64,000 bases of DNA, taken from Camelus ferus (Eukaryota). The notes below the pieces were generated by a model that searched no databases, was not told where the DNA came from, and was given only the letters and a program-made list of their open reading frames with translations. The stretch is from contig NC_045698.1 of NCBI RefSeq assembly GCF_009834535.1, positions 7,628,001 to 7,692,000 on the forward strand, read 5' to 3'. Position 1 is the stretch's first letter. Each line of letters begins with the position of its first letter. A program made the translations under genes and the position numbers. Positions 49,505 through 61,984 of the stretch are shown in pieces.

Positions 49505-50746
49505 TTCACCCAAAACTTTTTCCATTATTCATAGAAGAAACATTTATTTAAAACCCTATATATGCCTAAGCTTGGCTCAATCTTTGCATTGAACAGAGAT
49601 TTCATTCTATTCCAAGGCCAAGGAGTAGACAGCCAATTCCAGAAAACACCTAGAAAGTGTGGCTTTTAGTCCCACGCTGGGTTTTCTGTTGGATTGGTGT
49701 AACCTGTGCTCATGACCAGCTCAGGTTCCTTGTCTTCTTGACTAAGGTGGAAGCTGAGAGAGAAATGTTCAGTTTGAATTTTGGATTAAGAATCCAGGAA
49801 CTCTGGGTCCTGCTTCCTCTGACCTAGAGAACACCCAGCAGAAGTGTGGTGAAGGCAGAGACATAGGGTTATAAATGTGGAGAATCGTGTATGTTTCATC
49901 ACTAAACTGATAGCCAATTACCTTTTTTGTAGTCTCAAGAACAAAGGGAGTCTGGTAAGATGGAATGAGAACCAAAAAACTTTAGAAGTGACACCAAGCA
50001 GTCAGACATAGAAAAAAACAACCCGGCCTCTGGACGTTTCTAACTCGGAGTCCTTCTTTGGCTGTATTCCATCATGGAGACAAAGAGAGCATGACACAGT
50101 TTTCGACTCTGCTTTAAAATTTTTTTATAAGAAGGGGACCCCACTCTAACGCAAAAGGTGACACCCTAACGACTATGCCCCTCGTAAAACATTCACTGGC
50201 TCCTGTTACCACTGAGCACACCTGGAAGGTCCTGCTGCACAACAGGACTCGAGTTTCTTTTCCACTCATTTCGCAGCTCCTGGTGGGAACTGGATCTTCA
50301 CGGCTATTGAGAATTCGAGGCCCCATCTTCATGGCAACAATTTCAGCCTATATTACCAGGCCTCAGCGTTTTCTCTAAAAGGCAGGCATTTTTCCTTGTT
50401 GAGGAATCAGGATCCTTTCCTCTGCCTCTGGCACCCGGTACTTACAGCCTGCAAACGAGTGATGTATGGCTCATTTTGCCGCCTCCACGGAGGCCGGCTC
50501 ATCTGATGATTCCATTCATTAGATGTGGAGTGAGAGAAATGCCCACTTCATTTTCTTTGTGTCCGCTACCTTATTTTCCCTCTTTTGGTCTGAAGAGAAC
50601 CAATAAACCTTCTATCTTCAAATTTTCAGAGGACTGCTTTCCACCTAGCTGCTTCTCAAATGCTTTTAAATGGAAAAAAGAACTGAAAACAGGCTGCTGT
50701 TGGGGTGATTTGCAAGCTCTCTGAAATTACTGTTTTTCTGCTTCGC

Positions 50747-50832
50747 AGGCTCAGTGATTGACAGTACCTTCTCCCAGATAGTCAACCAGTTGGCACTGGC
50801 TGGGATGGCACCGTTCACAATTACTTGAGTCT
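50747..50832. repeat. Decayed ~85-bp palindrome followed by T22
   Basis: The arms pair: GGCTCAGTGATTG/CAATTACTTGAGTC, ACAGTACC/GGCACCGT, TCCCAG/CTGGGA, GTCAAC/GTTGGC. Confidence 0.75.
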
Positions 50833-51249
50833 TTTTTTTTTTTTTTTTTTTTTGTCAGTTTTTACTGAATGAAAACTAGAATTAATTTTTCATGGGCTAA
50901 TGGTTTTGCACAGCTACAGTGTAACTGCCAAGTTTATGGACTTTGCAAATAACATTTACTCTCTCTCTCCCCCTTTTTTAATTCTTCCTTCCCTGGTCTC
51001 TCTAGAGTTTTAGTTTTTCATGCTTTTAGCCCTTTCTCATATCTGGTTTATTCTGATAAGAGCAGATCAACTAGCCAGCCTGGAGTAAGAGAAAGCTCTT
51101 GGCAGACGAGGTCCAGTGGTCCCAGTAAGTGACTAGTGCATTGGCCTGGAGCCACGGTTGGAGCACGATCTCCTCTGCCCCCTAGCTGTGTCCGCAGGAG
51201 GAAGCCACTGACCTAAAGCCTCTGCAGCCCATTGTCCCTCCCTGTAGAT

Positions 51250-51470
51250 CATGGCTTCTGAGCCTCGGCTTTCCTGACATTTTGTCCTGAAATAATTCTT
51301 TGTTATGGCGGGGGTGGGGGTGGAGGCGTGGATGCTATCCTGTTCATTGTAGGATGTTTAGCAGCATTCCTGACTTTTATCCACTGCTTCCCCAGAGGTG
51401 ACAACCAAAGATGCCTTCAGACATTGCCAGATGTCCCCTGTGGGGGGAGCAGATTGTTCTGAGAACCATG
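51250..51470. mobile_element. MER20-like hAT-Charlie element
   Basis: GACATTTTG...ATAATTCTTTGTT...CATTGTAGGATGTTTAGCAGCATTCCTG...GTGACAACCAAAGATGCCTTCAGACATTGCCAGATGTCCCCTG. Confidence 0.85.
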
Positions 51471-51624
51471 ACTATGGATACCCTACCTTGTGCTCCTTGA
51501 GTGGAAGTTCCCAGAGAGCGTTGGGATAAACAAGAGAAAAGGAAGAGGAGAAGGGGAGGAATGTGAAAGCAGATGGGCTCCGGAGCACTGCCGTCTCAGC
51601 TGAGAACCCAGACTAACGACTTTA

Positions 51625-51795
51625 CTGGTCGCCAACCCTGGCTGCATGTTAAAATCACCCAGAGAGCTTTAAAAAACACCGTCTGTCTGAGCGCAGCTCC
51701 TGTCCTGAATCAGTTGGTGTGAGGTTATGCGCAGCATCTGTGTCTTCTACTCAAGTTCCTCGGGCGACTAGCGTGATGCCGAGGCCGAGAACCAA
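51625..51795. mobile_element. MER5A/MER5A1-like MITE
   Basis: CAACCCTGGCTGCATGTTAAAATCACCCAGAGAGCTTTAAAAAA...GAGAACCA. Confidence 0.65.
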
Positions 51796-52739
51796 GGGGC
51801 GAGGCGGGCTCTGCCCTGCGCAGCTGGCTTTACATTTTGCAGCCCCCAGCACGTGGCCGCTCTGTGGCTGTGCTGTTGAGACGTCCGCTTTGCCTTCCCG
51901 ATACATGTGCCGCCGTCACCAAGCGGGAGACCGAGCATCACAAGTGGCTCGTGTGCCCCACCTGCCCCTCACTCCTCCTTCCCTGCCTAGGGGTCTCCCT
52001 TTTGCTCAGACAAACACACACGCTCATCTGCTTGCAAAGAACGTGAAGGAGACCCTCTGGGTAACGCAGAAGAAGCCCACTTGGGACAGCACACGGGTCT
52101 GCTGTTTTCACTGATTGAGCCTTTTTTTTATGCTTAATTGAAAGGGGCCCCTAAGTGGCCCACACAAAACTGGTAATGCCCAAAACTAAATGATACTTAC
52201 TGAGAAAAATTCAGGGAAAGAAAAAAGAAAGTCACAAATTAAAGAATGGGCTGAATGGACAAGGGGTAGAGAAGGCGGGATCCAAGATGGTGGCTTGAAA
52301 GTGCAATTCCATGGGGGCATTTCCCCCAAAGAAGAAAGTAAAGAGACATAAACCAGGGCTTCTGGGCAGGGATGAGGAGACACCCAGTTCCTGTGAAGGA
52401 GAAAGCCGTGGAGCTGACTCAGCTGGGGCCAGAAGCAGAGGGAGGGATCCTGAGTCAGGAAGGGGAAAGGTCACCTCTTCCAGAGGTCCCTAGGAGGCAG
52501 AGGCAAGACGTGACTGGACCTAGAAGATGGAGTAAGGGTGGCTGGTGAACAAATACTTGACTTCAGGAGGGAGGGTGTTACCCCCGGAGGTAGGGGACAA
52601 CCGGAATCTCCTGGAAGGGATGCTCAGCAGACTTTAAACTTGCTAAAGAAGAGAGACGGGTGGAAAACATCCTGTGTTATGGTCTCTGCACAGAACCCAG
52701 CAAGTGCTCAGGTGTTTCTCAGGCTGAGAAGCTGAATAT

Positions 52740-53680
52740 GTTAGACGACTACGTCATATAAAGTGTAAATCCCCAAAGTCTGGCACCTGATACACCTTGT
52801 TGTTAGAGCAAGAGGACTGCAAGATTCAGAAAGCAATAGACTACGAGAGGGACAGGGAGCCAAGAATGACATCAATGATTGTAAAAATACAAAGAGTTCT
52901 AATGAGTATTCAATTAACCCCCACCCCCACCCCCCCCAAAAAAAAATGGGTAAGAAGAAACAGAAGAACCAAAAATAGTTGGGACAAACAAATAGTAAAG
53001 TGGAAGTTCTGAATCCCATCAGATCTAAAATTATGCTAAGTGGAAATGGATTAAACACTCCAATTAAGAGGGAGAGGTTGTCAGAACAGAGAAAAAAGCA
53101 AAACCCCACCCCGGATGCAAGATATTCTTTAAACTTAAAGACATAGATAGATTGAAAGTGATTGGATGTTAAAAGATGTACTGAGTAAATGGCATAAGCA
53201 GACTGGAGTAGCTACATTCATCTCAGATAACAGACATAACAACCAAAAGTATTACCAGAGTTAAAGGGGGACGTTTCATAATGATAAGGGGTTAATTAAT
53301 CAGGAATGTATATGCCTCCAAACAACCATAAATGTATATGCTCCAAACTACATATCTTCAATCTAAAAATACACTTGACTAATTGAAAGCAAAAATTATA
53401 TCATGGTATTATGGGATTCACAATGTACATAAATGCAAAATTATGACAACTGTAGCATATAGGATGGGGGACAGAGATCAATCACCCTCTAAGTTTGCAA
53501 GATTCTTTTATTTCACGTGAAGTGGTATAACATTAACAGTAAGTCGGCTGTGAAAGGATAAAGATGCACAATCTAAACCCCATAACACCCACTTAAAAAT
53601 ACAAAGTGCAATAGCTAAAAAAGAAAAACCAGTAGCTATATTAAAATGAAATTCTAAAAAATATTTATTCAACCCAGAAA
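52740..53680 (+). mobile_element. Old L1 inter-ORF and ORF2 endonuclease fragments
   Basis: AATGGATTAAACACTCCAATTAAGAG encodes NGLNTPIKR (L1 endonuclease N-terminus). Also ACTGGAGTAGCTA, TTTCATAATGATAAGGGG and AATGTATATGCTCC. Confidence 0.8.
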
Positions 53681-54591
53681 TATACACACACTCCCATTCC
53701 ACGCACATTGCTTTGGGATGATGGAATCTACCAACCTGTGTGAAAGGCCATCTTTTGTGAAGGTTAGTGTTTCCTTAGTTTCTCTGGTTATAAAGTGTTG
53801 TCACAATGAGTTGTAATTTTGGCAAATTCGTAGCCGTCATAAACCGCTGCTCTCATCCAAGTGTACTTCTTTCTGTAGCTAAGTTAGGAAGTCTTTCCCT
53901 GTGTGGCTTGTTCTGGTTTGTGGATTTTGTGGGGGTCTAGTTTTATCAAGAAGCATTCAGCTTTCAGATCCAGGTCTTAATAGAAAGTAACCCCATTACC
54001 TTCTCCCTTTCCTGAAGATTCCCATAAAAGTTCCTAGAATTCTGAGATTTCCTGGATGAATGTGAGTCCTACCAAAGAGAAATCTAATCACCATTAATAT
54101 TCTTAATATCAGTAAAAGAAAAAGGAGTCAGGTCCACTGGGGACAAACTATCTCTCTCACACACACACACAGTCATTTGATGTCTTTGTGTGATCGTGTC
54201 TTTGGATCTGGTCACCATTTAGTGAGCATCGCCCTGGGTGGTATGAGATGCAGCCAAACGGAACACATGTCCCACTGGCTTGCCGAGACCTCCTTCTGTG
54301 AACTCCTATTAACTGTGAGCTCTCTACAGCCTGCATTTGTGCAGTTGACTTCTTTAGACTCAGTCAAGTCTCCACATTTGTCTCATTAATGTCATCTTGC
54401 AACTTTCCAAGAGCAATTAAAAAAAAATAGCTCTTGCCATCTGATAAGTGTGCAGAAAATGATTGCTGAATGAATATTTGAACTGGACTTTTAAAAATCC
54501 AAACCATTTAACAAAACCCTTTGGACTGGCCTCTGGATTCAGATAGATATAGCTGAATTTAACAAATATTTGAAGGTATTTGCTGAAAGTG

Positions 54592-54935
54592 CACCTGGCT
54601 CTCCGTGTCCGTGGGTTCTGCATCCTCAGATTTAACCAGCCTTGGACTGACAATATTTGGGGAAAAAAGTTCCAGAAAACTCCAAAAAGCAAAACTTGAA
54701 TTTGCCACATGCCAGCCAACAATTTGCATAGCATTTATATTGTTATTTACAGCTATTGACAGAGCATTTACATTTTAATAGGTATCATAAGTAATCCAGA
54801 AATGATTTAAAGTACACAGGAGGATACAAGTAGGTTATATGCAAATCCCACTCGATTTTATACGAGACTTGAGCATTCTCAAAGTGAGGGCTGGTGTCCT
54901 GGAACCAGTGTCCCCCAGACACTGAGGGAGGACTG
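54592..54935 (-). mobile_element. MER2/Tigger3-family DNA transposon
   Basis: CTCCGTGTCCGTGGGTTCTGCATCC...TAGGTTATATGCAAAT...GTCCTGGAACCA...GAGGGAGGACTG followed by TA. Confidence 0.88.
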
Positions 54936-55939
54936 TATCAGGAGAGGCAGGGTCTTCCTGGTCCTGAAGGACACTGTAATTCAATAGGAGTGTGGACATG
55001 CGAAAAGGACTAACAGAAAAAATAACCATTATAGTTGAGTATTAAGTGAAGGAAACAATTATGAACAGGAAAGCAAAACAGATAGGGGCAGGTGAGGTCT
55101 CCCAGGGTAGACAGCTCTAGAAGAATGAGTAGCATTTTAACAGAGGGAGTTGGATGAGGTAGAGAAGACAGTATAGTCAAAGTCACAGAGATGAGAACCA
55201 CAGGAAAGTGGTCCAGGCTCAGTAAGCAGCAGAGCTGGGTCAGTACATGAAGGTCACTTTGGAGATTCACAGGAGATAAGACCAGAGCAGAGTTTCTGGA
55301 GGATTCTGAAAACTGCGTTTGACCTATTTGTATATAATTTGCTCCACAATAAGAAAGTATTGGCTATTTTTAAGCTGGGCTGTAGGAAGATGGATCTGGA
55401 AGCAGTTTGTGGTGGAGGGGTTGAAAACGAAATTGAGGTGTTGTACCTGAGCCGGCTTCTCTTTTGTCCACATGAAAGGATTTCTGCTTGGAGTGGGGTA
55501 ATCACGTTTCTGCCTCACCTGGTTTCCTGAGGAGAGGACTTCCACCTTGAATGATGAAAAACAACTTGGAGAGTCAAAAGGCCAGACTCAGAGAGCCCTT
55601 ATCATGTTGAGAGCTTTCAAGAGCTGGTGATAAACACTCAGGAAAGAGAATCTAAATGGTCTGCTTCAGTGAAGGGAGCCTCGAATTGTTAATTCCTAAA
55701 AGTCACACATTCCCTGTATATACAGTTGCTTCCTTGTTGGTCACCAGTGGGATGGTATATTTTCTCAAGTCTCTTTCTTTCTTTTTTATTCACAAAGATT
55801 TATTGAAACTTAACATGTGCCAAACACTGTATCAGAATTTGAGATATTCTATTTAGTCCATTTTTAAAACATCAATTACCTAAGATTATTATTATTACAT
55901 ACTCTATAATATACTCCATAATTCTTATTATTGTCACTT

Positions 55940-56035
55940 CACTTGTGAGAAAACTGAGGCTCAGAGATGGTAAGTAACTTTTGCAAAGTCACACAGCCAG
56001 AACAAAGCTGAAATCTGGTTTCCAATATCCTGTCT
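55940..56035 (-). mobile_element. MIR SINE
   Basis: GTGAGAAAACTGAGGCTCAGAGATGGTAAGTAACTT...AAAGTCACACAGC. Confidence 0.8.
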
Positions 56036-57795
56036 GGGCATATTAAATATACAAAACACCATTTAATATTTTCCAGTTAGCGAGAGATACTACTTCCTAG
56101 AACTTTAGATAAATTACATCAATTCTCACAACCACCTGTTATTAAGTATCATGCCAAACTGAGGTGCAGAGAGGTGGAATAACTTGCCTAAATTCCCTTA
56201 ACTAGTAACTGGGGGAGCCGGGTTGAATCCTCAGTCAGTAGGGGCGAGTGGACACTGGAATTTGGGTCTGTCTGATCCAAAGTGCATGTGTTAAGTGTGT
56301 TTGAAGGGGATTCTGATGATCCCCACCTCCTCAACAATTCCTCCGAGGTCTTTTGAGCACCTACTATGTGCTAGACTCTCTATGTGCTCTCCTGTTTAAC
56401 CCTGAACCCTGGGAGCTAGCATTCTTCTCCTTTCACAGAGTAGGAATCACATCTCAGAGTGAAGAAGTTATTCACCAGGCTTGTCTGCTATTAAGTGATG
56501 AGAAGTTTAATATCCAAGTGTGTCTGATGCTAAATACTGCTTCGTACAAGAATCCATTTCTCCCTGGAAGACCCACGCTTCCCCAGTGTTCCCCTCAGTT
56601 CTGCATTTTGTTCCTATGAGCTGGACTCAAGGAGGGGGCTGCCCAGGTGCCTGACTTTCTCCTCAGACCCTCTCCAGCAGCCTCTCCTCGCAGAGAACTG
56701 TGTGGCAGAGTTCCCACGTTAAATGTACCACGTCATGGCTAAAATACAAAACCATTGAAACTAAACCTACAGCAACTACATTGTGAAAATGTTTATTCCA
56801 TAGTGTTAAGTGGGGAAAGCAGGATGAAAAAAGTTCTGCATAAAAATAAAAATGCATATGCACAGAATTGGGGGGAAGCACACAGACATGAAGAGAGTGA
56901 GGACAGTGGCATCATGGGTGATTTTCTTTTCCATTTTTGAAATTGTCTTTAGTGTTGTGTGTTTTTGGAGGGAGGGAGGGAATTTGCTATCGACATGCCA
57001 CATACTAACACTATATCAACCACAAGTGCATGGTGAGTTTTCACAAACTGAGTACCCTGGTGCAGCAAACACCCAGATGGAGAAATGGGTCATTGTCAGG
57101 ACCCCAGAAGTCCCACTCGTGCTCTCGTTCCATCTCACTCTGTGTTTTAATGTAAAGTTAGGAAAACCTATTCTCTGAGCACATATGGGCCGTTCATGAC
57201 CATGTACCAAGAAGATCTTGGAAAGTGGCAGAAATCCAAGGAAGAGGTGGGCTGGTCCTCTGAGCCAGTAAGCACTGAGCATCCATGGGGCCCCCAGTTC
57301 ATCAACATCTTTACTCCAGAAATAGCTGTGTTAAGGATGGGTCATTCAGTTCAGGAACAGGAACTCAGTATCCCACCTAACCAGAAACCGGAAGAGACAG
57401 GCTGGCATCTGCTGGAGGATGTAAAGGGACTCTGAAAAGCATAGAGAAATACCCCACTCACTGATGTCCGAGGGTCCACTGGGGTCCAAACTCCGGAGCT
57501 GGCAGCGCACAGATGCCGAGGGACCTTCAACCCAGGGAGAAGGTGCTCGAGAACTTGGTTCAGAGAATTTGAACGGACCAGAGAGAAACAGTTGAAGGAC
57601 AAGGGCACAGCTGTCCAGGGCCTGGAGCCCAGGGGAGTTAGATTCCTCCAGGTGGCGTGATCATGCAGTACCCAAAAGATCGGGGAAGAAGGGGTTGAGC
57701 CCGGGAGACAGGGTCTTGGATTATACAGGAAAGTGCTATGAGAGACATATTGGAACTCCCCCCCGCCATGAGCTGCACTCTAATTGATAAAGAGC

Positions 57796-58175
57796 TATTA
57801 TGGACTGGATGGTGTCCCCTTCAACATCCATATGTTGAAACCCTAGCCCCCAATGTGACTGTATTTGCAATAAGGCCTTTGAAGAGTTAACCAAGGTTAA
57901 ATGAGGTTGTAAGTGTGGGGCCCTCATTCACTAGGACTGGTGTCCTCACAAGAAGAGCAAGGGGCAGCAGGGGTCCGCCTGCACAGAGGACAGGCCACGT
58001 GAGGACAGACAGAAGGTGGCCGTCCGCAAGCCAAGGAGGGAGCCCTCAGGGGGAACCAAACCTGCCGACACTTTCATCCTGGGCTTCCCGCCTCCGGCCT
58101 GTGCGAAATAAATTTCTGTGGTGCAAGGACCCCGGTCTGTGGATTTTGTCCTGGCAGTCTGAGCCGACTAACACA
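57796..58175 (+). mobile_element. MaLR solo LTR (MLT1A/B-like)
   Basis: TATTATGGACTGGATGGTGTCCCC...TATGTTGAAACCCTAGCCCCCAATGTGACTGTATTTG start, AATAAATTTCTG, GACTAACACA end, TSD AGAGC/GGAGC. Confidence 0.9.
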
Positions 58176-60058
58176 GGAGCCCTGTGTATTTTTACTGATG
58201 TTTCTAAGAGTCTGTTGTTTGATCTCTGTCCTCTTTGCTTTCACCAGGTACAGATGGTGAACCGAAGGCAGAGTTACTGTATCAGTTTTCACACTATCAT
58301 TCTCATATCCCACTTGTCCGGAAAAATTTTAAAGTAGAGTAAGATATATTCCCCAAGTAGAAACTTTGCAATACCACAGTCTGGGTGTTTACACTGGCTT
58401 ACTCAGGCAGACACCTGTTTAGACCTTGGATATAATTTTTTAATTGAATAATTGAACCATTGATCTTGAGCAAAAAACATACAAGCTTCAGAGCTGGTGT
58501 TTGTTTTTTGTTTTTTTCAACAATAAATGCATTCACATCTCTGTTTTTAAAAACACCATGGCCGGTTGAAAGACTGGAACACCAAAAACACACTTATTGG
58601 CTGTATGAATTGGGATCAAGCATTCTGAATTTCTCTGAAACCCACTTTTCTGAGCTATCAAATAATAGGTATATTGCAGGGTTGTGACTGAGGTGAACAA
58701 TAATGTGTGTAAAATGTTGGCAAAGAGCTCAGGGGAGCTGTGGTGTAGCTGGCTACTGCCGTTGCCTTGAGACAGGATGAAAAGGAAGATTTTGCAAGAC
58801 CTGGGATGCAGGGGAGCTGCCCGGGCTGGGCAGTCCCAGGCCTGGGCCGCTTTCCCTGCGGGCTTTGTCGCGCAGCCAGAGAAGCAGAACGGAGCTTGGC
58901 TGAAGCCGCCTCTGGTGACTCTGGGCTTGTCTTGGTGCTGCTGGTCAGGGCTATTACTTGTGCTATAAGTTGGTTTGTGGGGGAAACCAGAGGCCAGGAA
59001 CCCTCAGCTGCTCCTACAACTAAGTGAAAGCAGGGTTGACATGGAGGCGAGCTCGCACACAGCTGTGCGCTAAGGCAGCTCTTGCCTTGAGCCTGTGGTC
59101 ATTGCCGATGGCTTTGGCTCCGCTCTGACTTCATCAGCTCAAGAAATGAAGACAGGATGGTTGGGACGGGGCCCTTCTGAAGTGGGCCCAGGGGAGGACG
59201 GGTTAGGGTGCCTGGCTCGTGGACTGGCACTGGTTTATGATGGCCCACAGCAGGGACAGGGGTGCTGGGGGAAGAACATTCCTGTTCATGTTGGCCAACA
59301 AGGCAAGACTGTTGGTTGTGGCCAGATGACAAAGCAGTATTTTCTGGTTTTGAATCTTCTTTATTCCTCACTTTGGTGGGCAAGAGCCTAAATGTCCTCC
59401 TTGGTGTCCCCAAATTCCTTTAATGCTTGTCCTGTCACTTATTGGAACCTATATAGGGTCCAATTCCTGCCAGTGGCACTGTCTTACTCTCTTTTCCTTG
59501 TCTTAATCCCTTGGTGCAATGCTCCCCTCTTGTCAATGGTCCCCAATCCCAAAGACACAAGTTGCTTGGAGGACTCATTTAAAGTGTCCCTACCTGAGCT
59601 CTACCCCAAGAGGGCCTGTTTCCAAAGACCCAGTGGGTGATCATCAACCTTCCTAGAAAACACAATCTTGCACCAATGAAAACAGTTCAAGGATTGGGAG
59701 TAGGTTAAGCTGGAGGTCTCGGCCACTGTGTTCTGGGCAGTGTGGGAGGGATTCATAGACAAGCCAGAAAAACGTGGCTCTTTCTTAAGCTCTGTGGATT
59801 AAGGGGTTAATCTGTGGGGTAGAGATGGTCACGTCACAGGGACATGCATGATCATTCTTGGGTGTCATTCTGTGTTTGTGCATCCACCCCACCCCCTACT
59901 CCCAGTGGCCCAGGGCACTAGGAAGTAGAAACCCAGGAAAATGTAGGGATAAGATGAAGGATGAAGGACTGGTAACCCTCCATCCATTCATTTTGGATGG
60001 AAATGAGAGTTAAGAGAAATTCCTTTAAGAGTAAGCTGGGAAATTCTCATTCATAGTA

Positions 60059-60070
<12 letters not shown>

Positions 60071-60113
<43 letters not shown>
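60071..60113. repeat. (AAT)14 microsatellite
   Basis: Read directly from the sequence. Confidence 0.97.
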
Positions 60114-60115
<2 letters not shown>

Positions 60116-61429
60116 CAACAGCTTAGTGTTTTCTACTTTACTTTCTGTACTGAGCAGTAAAAGGCAATAAGGAGACAGTGGAGCATGATTTTGATGATCC
60201 TGGCAGCCTCCCCAGCTCCCAAATAGCTCTCCACCTAGCCTGGTATCATCCTAGAAATCCCAATACTAAATACTCTACTGTCATTGACAGTGTCTCTTTA
60301 TCCACTTAAATAAACCCCTTGTGTGATTTAGGGCAGCAGGACCCCCATGCTGGTGAACTGGCTCCTGCAAACCGGTTTCCTCATCTCCATAAGCGGCAGG
60401 AACGTCCAGGCATCCTAGTACGTGAAATTCCAGTTCCAGCGCTCAGACTACCCCAGTACCTGGAAATAGCCCGAAACCGCAGGTCTTGATTCTATTTTGG
60501 AGTCTGTGATAACCACAAAATGATACAAAACAGAATCTGTATTCCTAGACGTCACCTCCTTTCACAAAGTGAGCGGCTGAAGAAGGTTTCCATGGCCGCG
60601 TCTCGGCCAGGCAGTGTGGGATCTGTGCGCTGCAGGCATCTTATTTACTCTTGCAGGAGGCCAGTGTGTTTTGTTTCATACGACACACGTGACACTCTCC
60701 CTTCCTTAACTGATTCTCCACACACCCCCACACACTGTCTTCTTATTTTTATTTTTTAACTCGAAGGAATACTGTGTTCCCGGCTCTCCTCACAGCCACG
60801 CCGGAGGAACGGCGGCACGCTCGAGGACAGAGGTGGCTGTTAATACATTCTGGATAACAAGCACACAGCTCAACCCGGGGCTCCCTCGGGAAAATAGAGG
60901 GGTGGAAGCCAAAATACCATGCTGGGCAGGTTCGAGGTGGGGCAGCTCAGCTAACCCATCACACAGACATTAAAAATAAAATTAGGCTGGATCTCCTGTG
61001 ATTCCCCAGCTAGGCAGAAGCCAAGTAAATGGAACATATTAGCCTTAAGCTCGAATGATCTGTCTCCAAAGAATGGCCTCTCTCCGTCCACCTGATTGCA
61101 GAGTCCTTCCCAAAGGTCCCGCTCTCATGTGTTCGGAGCCGAGGTGGGGTGGGTCTGAGGTCCTGTCCCTCGGGCCCTGGTGGACAAGTACAGCAGCCCG
61201 GGTATTTGTCCTCAGGCCGTCAGGGCTCAGTCAGGAGGGTCGGTTCTAGGGCTTTTTGGGGGGTGGTGCTGGGGAGTTATTGAGCAAGCTCGGGTAATTG
61301 CACGTCCAGAGGGGAGGTCGAGCGCGATTTGCGCTTGGGGTCCTAGGACGTCACAGGTAGAGCCTGGCCCTGCCTAGTTTCAAGGTCCAGCCCTGCCACT
61401 TACTGACGCTTACAACCTCTTGGTACCTC

Positions 61430-61984
61430 TGCTACTCCAAAAGCGGAGGGGAAAAGACCCCAGTTCTTGTCATACCCGAAATAAAAGAATTCAGACAGGA
61501 GACAGAGCGCTGTGCAGCGAAAGATGTTAAAGGTTTTATTCGGCAAAGGGAAAGTACGGCTCCAAGAGTGGAGGCGGGCTGATCCCAGGGCAGGGAGCAG
61601 CGCTCTTTGCTTGCCGCTTTCTCTCACACCCTTGCGTAGAGGTGGTCTTTTGGTTGACGGCTCTTGCCCCTGGAGGGCTTAGTCATGCTTGTCCCCTTTT
61701 GTGCACGTCCTCACCTGTGATGCACACAGAAAAAACCCACGGTGAAGGGGCGCCTAAACCACAATACTAACTATAGTACAATGAGCATGGGGTCACGTCC
61801 AGTTAGATCCTTGTCGCTACCGCGCAGCTGTGGCTGACAGGTTCTAACATGTTTCTTGTTGGCACTCATTTAAAGGAAGTAAAACCCCTTTATGCTGACG
61901 GTGGACACATCGCCATCTTCTGGACCATCCTGCCTCTTCTCCAGCTTGTCTGCCCGGTGCTTCCACTTATCTAACTACCTAACA
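61430..61984 (-). mobile_element. ERV (class I-like) solo LTR inserted in a MIR
   Basis: Minus strand starts TGTTAGGTAG and ends GGAGTAGCA, with AATAAA near 61540. Exact 4-bp TSD CCTC at 61426-61429 and 61985-61988. The flanks rejoin as the MIR core (GCCACTTACT...CCTCAGTTTGCTCACCTGTAGAATGGGG). Confidence 0.9.

Noticed and set aside
51035..51067. Reverse-strand resemblance to U2 (ATCTGCTCTTATCAG)
   Set aside because: About 15 nt of similarity and no TSD.
57645..57657. Single CTCF-like CCTCCAGGTGGCG
   Set aside because: An isolated partial match is expected by chance in 64 kb.
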